59,237 nt of DNA from a virus (Duplodnaviria > Caudoviricetes), in the IMG/VR virus record IMGVR_UViG_3300036852_000085, positions 1-59,237 of that record; one strand, 5' to 3'. The notes under the pieces are model-generated. The model did no database searches. It saw only the letters and a list, made by a program, of their open reading frames with translations, and was not told where the DNA came from. A program made the translations under genes and the position numbers. Below are positions 25,646 through 34,131 of this stretch, piece after piece (position 1 is the first letter of the stretch; each line of letters starts with the position of its first letter).

Positions 25646-27615
25646 CAGAGAGTCCTCACCGCTAGTGCTGTGTCGCGTTCAGCTAGCCGATCATTGATTC
25701 CGCTACCCACAGCCCGCCCGACATCCATAGCCTGGGCATCAGTGGGCAGCGCGCCCGCGAAAGTCAGCCGAATGGCCCCAGGGCCGAAGTTGATCCCGCC
25801 AGTTGAGCCGGCCAGCTTCAGGCCGCCGATGTCGTTGGTGTAATCAGACATCATCTTCATGACGTCCGTGGCACCCTTCTTGACCCCAGCGCCGAATCCT
25901 TGCATGACGGCGATACCAGCAGGCTCCAGAAGCTTGCGGTCCTTGTCCTCGGGACCCTTCCAGGAGGGAATCAGGTTGGTGATGTAGTTGAAGGCGTGCC
26001 TCAGTGGAGCGATCATGGAGTTGATGCCGTTGAGAAGTCCTTGAATCAGGTTGCGCCCAGCGTTGAACAGCAGGCTGCCGAAGTTGGAAAAGACCGCCAG
26101 GATCTTGTCTGGGATGGCGGCGAAGCTGTCAGAGATAACTCCGGTGATGTGCTTGAACTCTTTCTGCACATCCTTGCCGGTGCCGGTCAGCCAGTGCCAG
26201 AAGGCCTCGATTTTCTCGCCGAGTGTCTCCATGCCGGCCAGAACCAAGAGGAACGCTCCAATGAGGCCAGTGAACAGTTGAAGCAGGATCACGGAAAGAT
26301 TGATCAGCGCTTCCAGTGACTTCTGCCCCGCCGGGCTGGCCAGGTAGGTAGTCAGTCGGGACAGCGACTCTGAGATCTGGTCCAGGATCAGGTTGCCGCC
26401 GGCCCGGTCCAGCTGGGCCAGGAGTACCACGATGAACTCGAAGGCCTGGCCGATGACGTCGAACAGCTTGGCAACGGTGATCAGGGAGTTGGCCAGCCAC
26501 TGCTGGAAGCTTTTATCCTTGACCGTTCCCTCCAGCAGGCTGGCCACGAAGTTCAGGTTGTTGGTGATGAAGTCACCGAACTTGGCCAGGTAGGGCAGGC
26601 TGGCATCGGCGATGCCGATCAGCGCGCCCAATATCCTGATGAACGTTGGCCCGAATGTGGTGATCCAGCGAGCCGTCAGCGGGAAGACTTTGTAGACGAA
26701 GTCCACGAAGGCCGGGCTGGCGAAGAAGTGCCCTAGCTGGAAGAAGAAGTATCCGAGGCTGGACGCGACCTCGGAGAACCCTCCGCGCAGCAGCGGTCCT
26801 AGCGTCGTCGCTACCAGGGTGACCGTCGTTCCCAGCGCGCGGAAGAAGCTACTCTGCGCCGCGTCGGAGATGCTCTTGAAGATGTCCCTCAGCGGCAGCA
26901 GGCTCTTGACGAAATTCTGCGCCTCAGGGGTGAGATTTTTGATGGCTTCCTGAAGCTCAGTGGCGTTCTTAGCTGCGAAGGCACCACTGATGGCTGTACC
27001 GACTCCCCGGAAGGCCAGGAACAGCGCGCCGGCCTGAACGCCTATAGAGGCCAGCAGTGCTGGCAGGAGAGCCAGGACCCCCAGCAGACCGTTGACGGCC
27101 TGGATGGCGCCGATGATGAGTGCCACCAGGGAGGCGATGGCCGGACCGGTGATCAAGGCGACGGGTGAGCCAGACGGGGTGCCGCCGATGGAGCCGATAG
27201 CGTCCTGGATGCCCTTGCTGAACAGGTTACCGATGCGCCCGAAGAAGCCCTGACTGTCACTGCCGCTGAAGGCCCGCTCAACCTCCCGTTCCAGGTCCCC
27301 TACAACAGCCTTGGCGAACCGTCCCAGCTTGTCCCGGTTGTATTTGCGTGGTGTTCCCCTGAATTCGAAGGGGACGTTGGCGGTTGACTCTTCCACGGCG
27401 TGGGCCAGTTCGCCGCCATGCTTGCCCAGTTCCTTCTCAGTGGAGCTGGCCAGCTTCTTGCCGAAGTCTGAGCCCATGTGCTCCAGGATCTGGTCGGCAT
27501 CCTTGCTGGCGGTTTCCAACCCTTTCTGTAGACCCTTGTCTACTTCACGGTTGAACGGGTCCGTGTTGGCGTGAACGTCGATCCACGCGTCACCCAGACC
27601 ACCAGGAGTTGCCAT
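25645..27615 (-). CDS. Tape measure protein (656 aa)
   Basis: LGDAWIDVHANT N-terminus, amphipathic Phe-periodic helices, WKGP..KDRKLL..AG..[VI]M.G C-terminus. Confidence 0.9.
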   Translation of the reverse strand: MATPGGLGDAWIDVHANTDPFNREVDKGLQKGLETASKDADQILEHMGSDFGKKLASSTEKELGKHGGELAHAVEESTANVPFEFRGTPRKYNRDKLGRFAKAVVGDLEREVERAFSGSDSQGFFGRIGNLFSKGIQDAIGSIGGTPSGSPVALITGPAIASLVALIIGAIQAVNGLLGVLALLPALLASIGVQAGALFLAFRGVGTAISGAFAAKNATELQEAIKNLTPEAQNFVKSLLPLRDIFKSISDAAQSSFFRALGTTVTLVATTLGPLLRGGFSEVASSLGYFFFQLGHFFASPAFVDFVYKVFPLTARWITTFGPTFIRILGALIGIADASLPYLAKFGDFITNNLNFVASLLEGTVKDKSFQQWLANSLITVAKLFDVIGQAFEFIVVLLAQLDRAGGNLILDQISESLSRLTTYLASPAGQKSLEALINLSVILLQLFTGLIGAFLLVLAGMETLGEKIEAFWHWLTGTGKDVQKEFKHITGVISDSFAAIPDKILAVFSNFGSLLFNAGRNLIQGLLNGINSMIAPLRHAFNYITNLIPSWKGPEDKDRKLLEPAGIAVMQGFGAGVKKGATDVMKMMSDYTNDIGGLKLAGSTGGINFGPGAIRLTFAGALPTDAQAMDVGRAVGSGINDRLAERDTALAVRTL

Positions 27616-27650
27616 GCAATGATCGTAAGGCCTTGAGCTGCCACGGAGAA

Positions 27651-28250
27651 CTAATCGTCGGCCATGGCGTCGTAGAAGGCGTCAGCATCCATGGTGATCT
27701 CTTCCTTGGGTTCGAAGCCGGGCGGAGGGAACTCCAGCTTGCTGAAGAACATAGTGAGCTGATCTTCTGGCGTACCCTCAACGATGATCATGTAGACAGC
27801 GTCCAGCCATGCCGACAAACTGATCTTGTCAGCATCTATCCCGGCCAGCACTAGCCTGGATCCGATCAAACCCCAGTTGAGCAGGGCGCCCTCGATCAAC
27901 CGCATGGCGATCCACCACGGTCGCCCGGTCACTGTAGTGATGACATCCAGGACAACCTGGTACAGATCCTCCAACGACAGGACCCCGGAGAAGAGAAGCT
28001 CATCCACCAGCTCATACCCGCCGGGAGATAAACCCGGAAATACGTCTTCCAGATCGATGGGCCGGTGTGCTAGGACCGCCAGCCAATCTGCTGCCGGCAT
28101 GGCAGGGATGTGCGCTACCCGGCCGGCTACCTCGACGTCGACAGGCCAGCAGCGCAGCGACCAGATCGGATCAGTGACGAAAGTCGGGATAGTCCTGCCG
28201 ACGGGACCGGCATCAGCCGGTACGGCGCGGACGGCCACGACGCACCACAA
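27651..28250 (-). CDS. Tail assembly chaperone, second ORF (start uncertain)
   Basis: Immediately upstream of the tape measure gene; GRPWW.A.RL motif. Confidence 0.7.
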   Translation of the reverse strand: MWCVVAVRAVPADAGPVGRTIPTFVTDPIWSLRCWPVDVEVAGRVAHIPAMPAADWLAVLAHRPIDLEDVFPGLSPGGYELVDELLFSGVLSLEDLYQVVLDVITTVTGRPWWIAMRLIEGALLNWGLIGSRLVLAGIDADKISLSAWLDAVYMIIVEGTPEDQLTMFFSKLEFPPPGFEPKEEITMDADAFYDAMADD

Positions 28251-28569
28251 CGGGACCCTTCGAGGCAGGCTGCGTCTCGTCCGCCCACACGGACAGGCAT
28301 TCCATCATGTCCAGCAGCCGCAGGTCCCCGCGCAGATTCAGTTCCATCAGGTACTCGCGGTCGTCTTCAGACACCACTACGGATTCCAGGATGTCGAAGA
28401 CGCGCCCGGCGGCCATGGCTCGACGGAACCCGTCCACTGACTCCTTGCGGATTGTGAGCAGTTCCCGGGCCAGCAGGGGCCCTTGAGCGTCGGCCAGCTT
28501 GCGTACCTGGAGGTCCCGGCCCTTAACGGTCACGGTCCGGGTTTCTTCGGTAGGGGTGGGATCCGTCAT
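28213..28569 (-). CDS. Tail assembly chaperone, first ORF
   Basis: Size, helical composition and synteny. Confidence 0.7.
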   Translation of the reverse strand: MTDPTPTEETRTVTVKGRDLQVRKLADAQGPLLARELLTIRKESVDGFRRAMAAGRVFDILESVVVSEDDREYLMELNLRGDLRLLDMMECLSVWADETQPASKGPVVVRRGRPRRTG

Positions 28570-28571
28570 GA

Positions 28572-28997
28572 CTAGATCCTACGCAGCCGGAACCCATGCC
28601 GACGTGCTGCCACGTCCAGAGCTTGGGCCAGGTAGCCCTTCCCTTTCTGACCGGGATGGTTGACCGAGATGAACCTGACCTCGTGACCCACCTTGCGCCA
28701 GAAGAACCGCAGCGGGTAGTCCCCATGCGGGAAGATCTTGTGAGGTCGGGCACCAGTCTCCACCGACCTGGCATAGGAGGCCCTGAAGATCACCCGGCCG
28801 GTAATGACGCCTGGCAGGACCTCCATCTCCTTGCGTCCTCGGGTGGCCAGGTGGCCCTTGGTGTAGGGCCCGGACAGTAGGCGGGCCCTGGCTCCTATCT
28901 CCGTGTCGTCCAGGACGCGACGGACCAACTTCTCGCCGGCCCTGCGGGAGATGGCGAATTTCTCGTAGTCGTTGATGACCAACCGATAGCCGGGCAT
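28572..28997 (-). CDS. Neck/tail completion protein (HK97 gp10-like)
   Basis: YARSVETGARPH.I...LRFFW...VNHPG motif. Confidence 0.8.
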   Translation of the reverse strand: MPGYRLVINDYEKFAISRRAGEKLVRRVLDDTEIGARARLLSGPYTKGHLATRGRKEMEVLPGVITGRVIFRASYARSVETGARPHKIFPHGDYPLRFFWRKVGHEVRFISVNHPGQKGKGYLAQALDVAARRHGFRLRRI

Positions 28998-29561
28998 CTA
29001 ACACCCCGAGCAGGGGCAGCAGTCCTGGTTGGGGATCTGGAAACGCACTGTGAAGAACCGTTCCATGCAGCCACCGCTGACCGGACCTTGAGTCTGCGCG
29101 TCGATGACCACGCTCATGCCCAACAGGTTGAAGTCATCTGAGGTGACAATGCAGTTGCGGAAGCAGCAGGCCGCTTTCCGAAGTGCTTGGGAATCGTTGG
29201 CGCTCTGGATGAAGGCGTTCGTCCACTCCACGTCCGTGGGTGGATCTCCGTCGTCCTGTCCGGCCGGCGCGCAGCGCACGATCCCGGCCTTGAGCGTGAC
29301 TACCCAGGAGGGCGGGGAGCACTTGGCAGCTGCCTGACGTTCGACGTCAGCTGCGGGAGCGGTCACCGAGGGGACCACGTCCCCCATGGAGACATACGCC
29401 AGGCCTTCGCAGCACTCATCCACCATTGGGCCGAAGTCGTGACCGACCTGGTCCCCGATCCGGAAGGAGATATGACTGGGAACGTTCGGGTTGGCTTCGA
29501 CCGAGGTACGCAGACAGTTGAGTAGCATCTGCGCGACCGGAAGGACCTGAGTGTCGCTCAT
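28998..29561 (-). CDS. Tail terminator-like protein
   Basis: CCEGLAYV, GIVRCAP and GPVSGGC; synteny. Confidence 0.7.
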   Translation of the reverse strand: MSDTQVLPVAQMLLNCLRTSVEANPNVPSHISFRIGDQVGHDFGPMVDECCEGLAYVSMGDVVPSVTAPAADVERQAAAKCSPPSWVVTLKAGIVRCAPAGQDDGDPPTDVEWTNAFIQSANDSQALRKAACCFRNCIVTSDDFNLLGMSVVIDAQTQGPVSGGCMERFFTVRFQIPNQDCCPCSGC

Positions 29562-30397
29562 GTCTGGATTGTCGTTCGCGGAGTGCGTATGTCCGGGGAG
29601 GCGATCCTCATCGCCGACGTGAGAGCGTTCGGGTTGAAGTTCCGGATGATCTGATCCACGGTCGGCACGCCGGTCAGGCCTTGTTTGAGAAGGTCATCCA
29701 CGTTGACCATGGACACGCTGACACCTTGGCGGGTGATGGACTGGATCCGCTGTGGCAGTCGGCACGGCTTACCCAGGCAGCTCTTGATGTACTCGATGGC
29801 CAGTTCCCCGGCCGCCTTCAGCAGGATCGAGGGGACCGGCACACCCTGGTTGTAAGTGACGAAGAAGGTGTTGGTCCCCGAGTCGACGTCGAAGTCCTGG
29901 CAGAACGGCCAGCACTCCCCGTCAGTACGAACCAGGTACTGCTCACCGTCAACACTGTCCAGGCGCCAGGAGGCAGCCGGGATAACGTCTCCGTCCACGC
30001 TGACGCCGGTGACAGGGATCGAGGCCACCGGTCCGCCGGGAAGCCAGACCTGACAGAGCGGGTTGCAGGTGCAGCAGCCCGGGAAGGCTGACGATCCGGC
30101 GCACCCGTTCCAGCAGTTACGCCACACCCCATCCATCAGGTAGGGCAACCAGAACCCGTCCGACCAGAAGTATCCGGAGTTCTGCTGAAACTGCCAGTCC
30201 CGGCCACAGGGACGTACGGTGCGCTGACATAACCCGAACCGACGTCCCGTGGCCGCCCAGAGTGTCAGCGCACCGTACTGCGCGGCTGTCTCCTGAAGAG
30301 CTGCCGAAGACTGCCCCCAGAGATCATCAGTGTCACAGGAGACGTTCACATCCCAGGAACAAGGGAGGGCGGGAGCCGGCGTGTCGAAGACCAGCAT
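29558..30397 (-). CDS. Head-to-tail adaptor
   Basis: LWAATGRRFG.C..TVRPC, CRLP.R..SITRQGVS and TG.P.VD motifs. Confidence 0.82.
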   Translation of the reverse strand: MLVFDTPAPALPCSWDVNVSCDTDDLWGQSSAALQETAAQYGALTLWAATGRRFGLCQRTVRPCGRDWQFQQNSGYFWSDGFWLPYLMDGVWRNCWNGCAGSSAFPGCCTCNPLCQVWLPGGPVASIPVTGVSVDGDVIPAASWRLDSVDGEQYLVRTDGECWPFCQDFDVDSGTNTFFVTYNQGVPVPSILLKAAGELAIEYIKSCLGKPCRLPQRIQSITRQGVSVSMVNVDDLLKQGLTGVPTVDQIIRNFNPNALTSAMRIASPDIRTPRTTIQT

Positions 30398-30445
30398 GCT
30401 CCCGCCCTCCCTTACTCAAGCACCCATTGCGAAGGTGATCTCAGT

Positions 30446-31153
30446 CTAGCTGGGAGTCAAGCTCGACAGGGTCGTGCAGCCACAGCTTGCTGTCGGCGGC
30501 GCCAGCCTGGTCACGAACAGGCGCCGGTGCTGCGTGGACAGGATCGGTGTCAACAGGGCAATCGACTGATCCAGAGTGGCCGTCGCATCAGACTTGTCCA
30601 CGAAGTACGGCCCAGTTCCCCACAGGGAGCCGGCCTGCGTCCTCGCGTTGACGACAAACGAGACGGTATCGTTCTGGAAGGTCATGTCGCCGATGGTGCC
30701 TTCCACAATGTAGGGCCACAGGACATAGCCATACTCGCTACCGGAACAGGGCACGCTGGACTGGTCCAGGCGGGTCCAGCCCTCCAGAGCGAAGTTCACT
30801 GTAGAAGCTGAACCTTCCTGAGTGGAGTAACCGGTGTGACGAGGAGTAGGTGCGTCGTCGGACACCAGAGGCTCCGAGGACACGATGTTGACCAGATCCG
30901 GGTCCACGTTGCAGAACGTGATGACCAGGTTCAGCCACTTCAAGATCGGTGGGTTGGTCTTCTTGACACAGAAGTTACCGTCACCGTTCTTGACGAAGAA
31001 CTCCTGCCGGGCCTCATACTCCTTCGTCTCAGCAACAGAGATGATGCCGTCGCTGACCACAGTGGAGCATCCGGTGACCGGAATCCCACACGAGGAGAGT
31101 TGAGTGACCCGGACCCGAGGAAGTTTCCATGGGGTATAGCAAACAGATGTCAT
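30446..31153 (-). CDS. Major tail tube protein
   Basis: RVRVTQL..CG, FC.VDP, FALE.W and WG.GPY motifs. Confidence 0.85.
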   Translation of the reverse strand: MTSVCYTPWKLPRVRVTQLSSCGIPVTGCSTVVSDGIISVAETKEYEARQEFFVKNGDGNFCVKKTNPPILKWLNLVITFCNVDPDLVNIVSSEPLVSDDAPTPRHTGYSTQEGSASTVNFALEGWTRLDQSSVPCSGSEYGYVLWPYIVEGTIGDMTFQNDTVSFVVNARTQAGSLWGTGPYFVDKSDATATLDQSIALLTPILSTQHRRLFVTRLAPPTASCGCTTLSSLTPS

Positions 31154-31229
31154 CACTGCTCCTGATCAGGCAGAGGATTCAGGTTCTGCGGCTCTTTAGG
31201 CGACGCAACCCGAGTCAGGTTTATGTTCA

Positions 31230-32072
31230 TTAGCCCAGCGCCGATACACAAGATCGGGTTACCTGTACTGCGGCCACGTAACACTCCACCGCGACCGCAT
31301 AAACCTTCTCCGCGATGACCATGACCTGATTCAGGGTCAGGTCCATGGTCTGGCCAATCGGAGGCACGAAGATCTCCGAGTCCTGCCACACCAGAACCCG
31401 CCCAGTGGCGTACATCCACTCACCTGTAGAGCTGGTGGCCTGGCCGGTAGGCCCAGTCCCGTCATACCCCTGACCGAACACATACGGTGTACCCAGAGGA
31501 GTAGTGAACACCCGCTCCTTAGGTGACACCACCAATCGAGCTGCGGCAACATGGGCCATCATTCCTGGCCGGGCATGGATTATCCCACCGACGATGGCGT
31601 TGTCGGCCAGCGCCTGTTCCAGAATCATGATGGCTTCGGTCGTGCAGCTTGACGTACCCAGGTTCGTGGCATTGCGGAAAAGACCCGTAATGTTCTGGCC
31701 GCTGTCGCCCTGCCACAGCCGCTTCTCCACGGCCCGTTGCTCCTGTAGCTGGAGTCGGGTCACTACACGTTGACGTACCTCTTCGAAGCTGAACCCGATC
31801 GAGCCACAGGTGTAAGAGGAATACACCCCGAACGGAGCCCCCGAAACGGCGGCTTCGATTCCCGTGAACGTCTTGGCACCTGTCACCGCTGGGCAGTTGA
31901 TGGCCCGCAGGTTGACGGCCCCCGAGCAAGTGTCAGGAACGTAGATAACCCCGCCACCCTGACCTTCTGGGCGTGGGAACGGCATTGGTCCCATAGCCAC
32001 GTCGAACAGGCCAGGCTGCACGGCTGGCGGAGCCGGAGTGTTGATATAAACCGGACCGTTGAACAAGGTCAC
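31230..32072 (-). CDS. Capsid pentamer-type protein
   Basis: 280 aa directly after the large capsid gene, as in cluster B mycobacteriophages; PF.VY, EQRAVE..LW, IIHA and T.LGT..VFG.GY. Confidence 0.78.
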   Translation of the reverse strand: MTLFNGPVYINTPAPPAVQPGLFDVAMGPMPFPRPEGQGGGVIYVPDTCSGAVNLRAINCPAVTGAKTFTGIEAAVSGAPFGVYSSYTCGSIGFSFEEVRQRVVTRLQLQEQRAVEKRLWQGDSGQNITGLFRNATNLGTSSCTTEAIMILEQALADNAIVGGIIHARPGMMAHVAAARLVVSPKERVFTTPLGTPYVFGQGYDGTGPTGQATSSTGEWMYATGRVLVWQDSEIFVPPIGQTMDLTLNQVMVIAEKVYAVAVECYVAAVQVTRSCVSALG

Positions 32073-32098
32073 CTCAGACTCCCTTCCTTACGATGACC

Positions 32099-32127
32099 GC
32101 TGGGGCTGGGTTCGCTCCCAGCCCCAG
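32099..32127 (-). terminator. Hairpin after the major capsid gene
   Basis: ctggggctggg-ttcgct-cccagccccag. Confidence 0.6.
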
Positions 32128-32133
32128 GCTCGA

Positions 32134-33849
32134 TCAGGACGGGCAGGTCAGGGTGCCGGTCGAGGTGGTCTTACCGCTCGGGCAGACCGGAACGGTGTAG
32201 ACGCGAGAAATCGGGCACATCTTCAGCACAGCCCAACCAGACTCCGTGAACAGGTGAGTCACCTGGTTGGTGGCCAGCTTGGTCGAGTCGTACACCGAGT
32301 TCAGGGTGATCACGTCGCTGACCGCCCGGACCCAGGTGCCGGCCGGGTAGACCAGGAACTGGAGCGAGGTCGGCAGGTTGTTGATCGGCGTGTCCGCACC
32401 CGGAGAGCCGGTGGCCGCGCCGGTAGCGAACGCGTCCTGCCAGTCGTAGACGAACTGGACCCGGGCACCACGGGTGGTGAACGCCGACCGGATCTCAGCG
32501 TCGGCCAGGCTCAGCCGGTCACCGTCACCGGGATTGGTCCGCCGGATGTAGTCCGCGCGCATCTGGGCCAGCACCCAGAACGGCATGACCACTTCCAGGG
32601 TGGCGTCGCGCATCATGCGCATCCGATACTTGATGTCCACGATGGCCAGCTCAACGGCGCTCATCACCTGAGACACAGTTGAACCGTCCGTGGCCCACGG
32701 CGCGGCGGCGGTCAGGTTCACCGCAGTTGACCCGGTGACCACAGCCGCGATCTGCTCCCGGTTGACCTGGTGAGCTGAGGCCGCCATGGCGCCACGGGTG
32801 AACGTGGCCGTGAACTCCGGGTAGCCCCGGATAGAGAGGATGTTGCCGGTCAGGCACAGACCGGTGACGCCCAGTCGGGTGTCCACGAAGTCGGGGCACG
32901 GGATTTCCAGGCACGTCTTGGTGGTGCCGGCCGCGACCTGAGCCTCAGTCAGGTTGAAGAAGCCGGTACCCGAACCGAAGATCGAGTCGAACTCGATACC
33001 GGAGTTGTGCCGCACGCCGCCACGCCGGGCTTGGACCTCGGGAGCGTCCCATAGGCCGTCTGTGCTGATCTGCAAGCAGATGTCATAGTCAGTCTCCGAC
33101 GGGGCACACCAGCCAGCCGCCGCGACCAGAGCCTTGTCCGGCTTCTCGGCCAGCAGCTCCTGGCGCCGCAGCTCCGTGGAAGCCAGCAGCGAGCCGCCCG
33201 GCAGGCGAGTCTCGTCGATGACGTTGAGCAGCTTCGGGTAGTCGGTCGAGTCCATGTTCATGCTGAACTCGTCCGGGTAGTTGCGCCGCAGCACGGCCAC
33301 CTGAGTCGCGTGCTCACCCGGTACGCCACGAGATGCCATACCACCGTGGCCTTGCGACGCTGCCTCGAAGGCCTTGGCTACGTCCAGCATGCTGTTCAGT
33401 GGCGCGGAGGCCTCGTAGCCCGGCAGGCCGGCGGAAGCCACCAGAGCCGAGTAGGCGGTCCGGGGGATGGCCGGCGGCGTGGTGGACGCGTTGGGATCGG
33501 TGTTGGCCACGATGTCGGACACCTTGACCTCGACAACCGTCGTCGGCTCAGTTCCAGCCGATGCGGTAACCGGAGTCGGCTCTACCGGCGCTTCAGGGGT
33601 TGCCGGAGTACCTGGAGTGTCCAGGGCCGCGAACTCAGCTGCCCGGGTGGCCCGGCCGCTGATTTCAGCGGGGCCATCGACCATGGCGAACTGCTGAAGT
33701 GCCTTCAGCTCGGCCAGCTCTTCGTCAGTGACGGTGTCTGCGGTGACCGAGTCACGCAGTGTCGCGTACTCGCTTTGGGCCTGCTCGATGAGCCCCTGGA
33801 GCCCGTTCACGGAGAACGTGGTCAGGTTCTCTGGGATGTTGAACGTCAT
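32134..33849 (-). CDS. Major capsid (hexamer) protein with scaffold-like N-terminus
   Basis: ALVAAAGWCAPSET.YD, ARRGG, QFVYDWQ, YPAGTW, YDS..L..N and LFTE motifs. Confidence 0.92.
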   Translation of the reverse strand: MTFNIPENLTTFSVNGLQGLIEQAQSEYATLRDSVTADTVTDEELAELKALQQFAMVDGPAEISGRATRAAEFAALDTPGTPATPEAPVEPTPVTASAGTEPTTVVEVKVSDIVANTDPNASTTPPAIPRTAYSALVASAGLPGYEASAPLNSMLDVAKAFEAASQGHGGMASRGVPGEHATQVAVLRRNYPDEFSMNMDSTDYPKLLNVIDETRLPGGSLLASTELRRQELLAEKPDKALVAAAGWCAPSETDYDICLQISTDGLWDAPEVQARRGGVRHNSGIEFDSIFGSGTGFFNLTEAQVAAGTTKTCLEIPCPDFVDTRLGVTGLCLTGNILSIRGYPEFTATFTRGAMAASAHQVNREQIAAVVTGSTAVNLTAAAPWATDGSTVSQVMSAVELAIVDIKYRMRMMRDATLEVVMPFWVLAQMRADYIRRTNPGDGDRLSLADAEIRSAFTTRGARVQFVYDWQDAFATGAATGSPGADTPINNLPTSLQFLVYPAGTWVRAVSDVITLNSVYDSTKLATNQVTHLFTESGWAVLKMCPISRVYTVPVCPSGKTTSTGTLTCPS

Positions 33850-33882
33850 GATGACCTCTCGGAAGTGTGGATGTGCTCACTT

Positions 33883-33946
33883 CCGGCGCGGCTCACAGCT
33901 CAGCCACCGGGGCTATAGTCCGGTGCGGCTCGCAGCGCAGCCACCG
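33883..33946 (-). promoter_or_regulatory. Tandem 27-nt hairpin repeat in the capsid 5' UTR
   Basis: CGGTGGCTGMGCTGYGAGCCGCRCCGG x2, downstream of a TACCCT -10 hexamer (33958-33963). Confidence 0.7.
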
Positions 33947-33971
33947 TGATCATGCTGAGGGTAACACTGGG

Positions 33972-34130
33972 TTACAGCTTTCGTACAGTACCTCCGCCCG
34001 CCATGGTGCGGGCCACGTTCGCATCGTGTTCAGTCGGAAGGATTCTCTTCTCGCCGTTGGGCAGCGTAACTTCCCACTGCCCCGAGGCCCCGCTGGAGGC
34101 AGTCACTGCTCCGTTGCATGCGCAAGGCAT
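33972..34130 (-). CDS. 52-aa head-region protein (MPCACNG...AGGGTVRKL)
   Basis: Translated by hand; AAGGAGG RBS; CxC N-terminus and GGG C-terminus typical of this position in actinophages. Confidence 0.78.
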   Translation of the reverse strand: MPCACNGAVTASSGASGQWEVTLPNGEKRILPTEHDANVARTMAGGGTVRKL

Positions 34131-34131
34131 G

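Noticed and set aside
31153-31230. 25-codon ORF bridging the pentamer and major tail genes
   Set aside because: Coupled at both ends, but too short and featureless to call; may be a gene remnant
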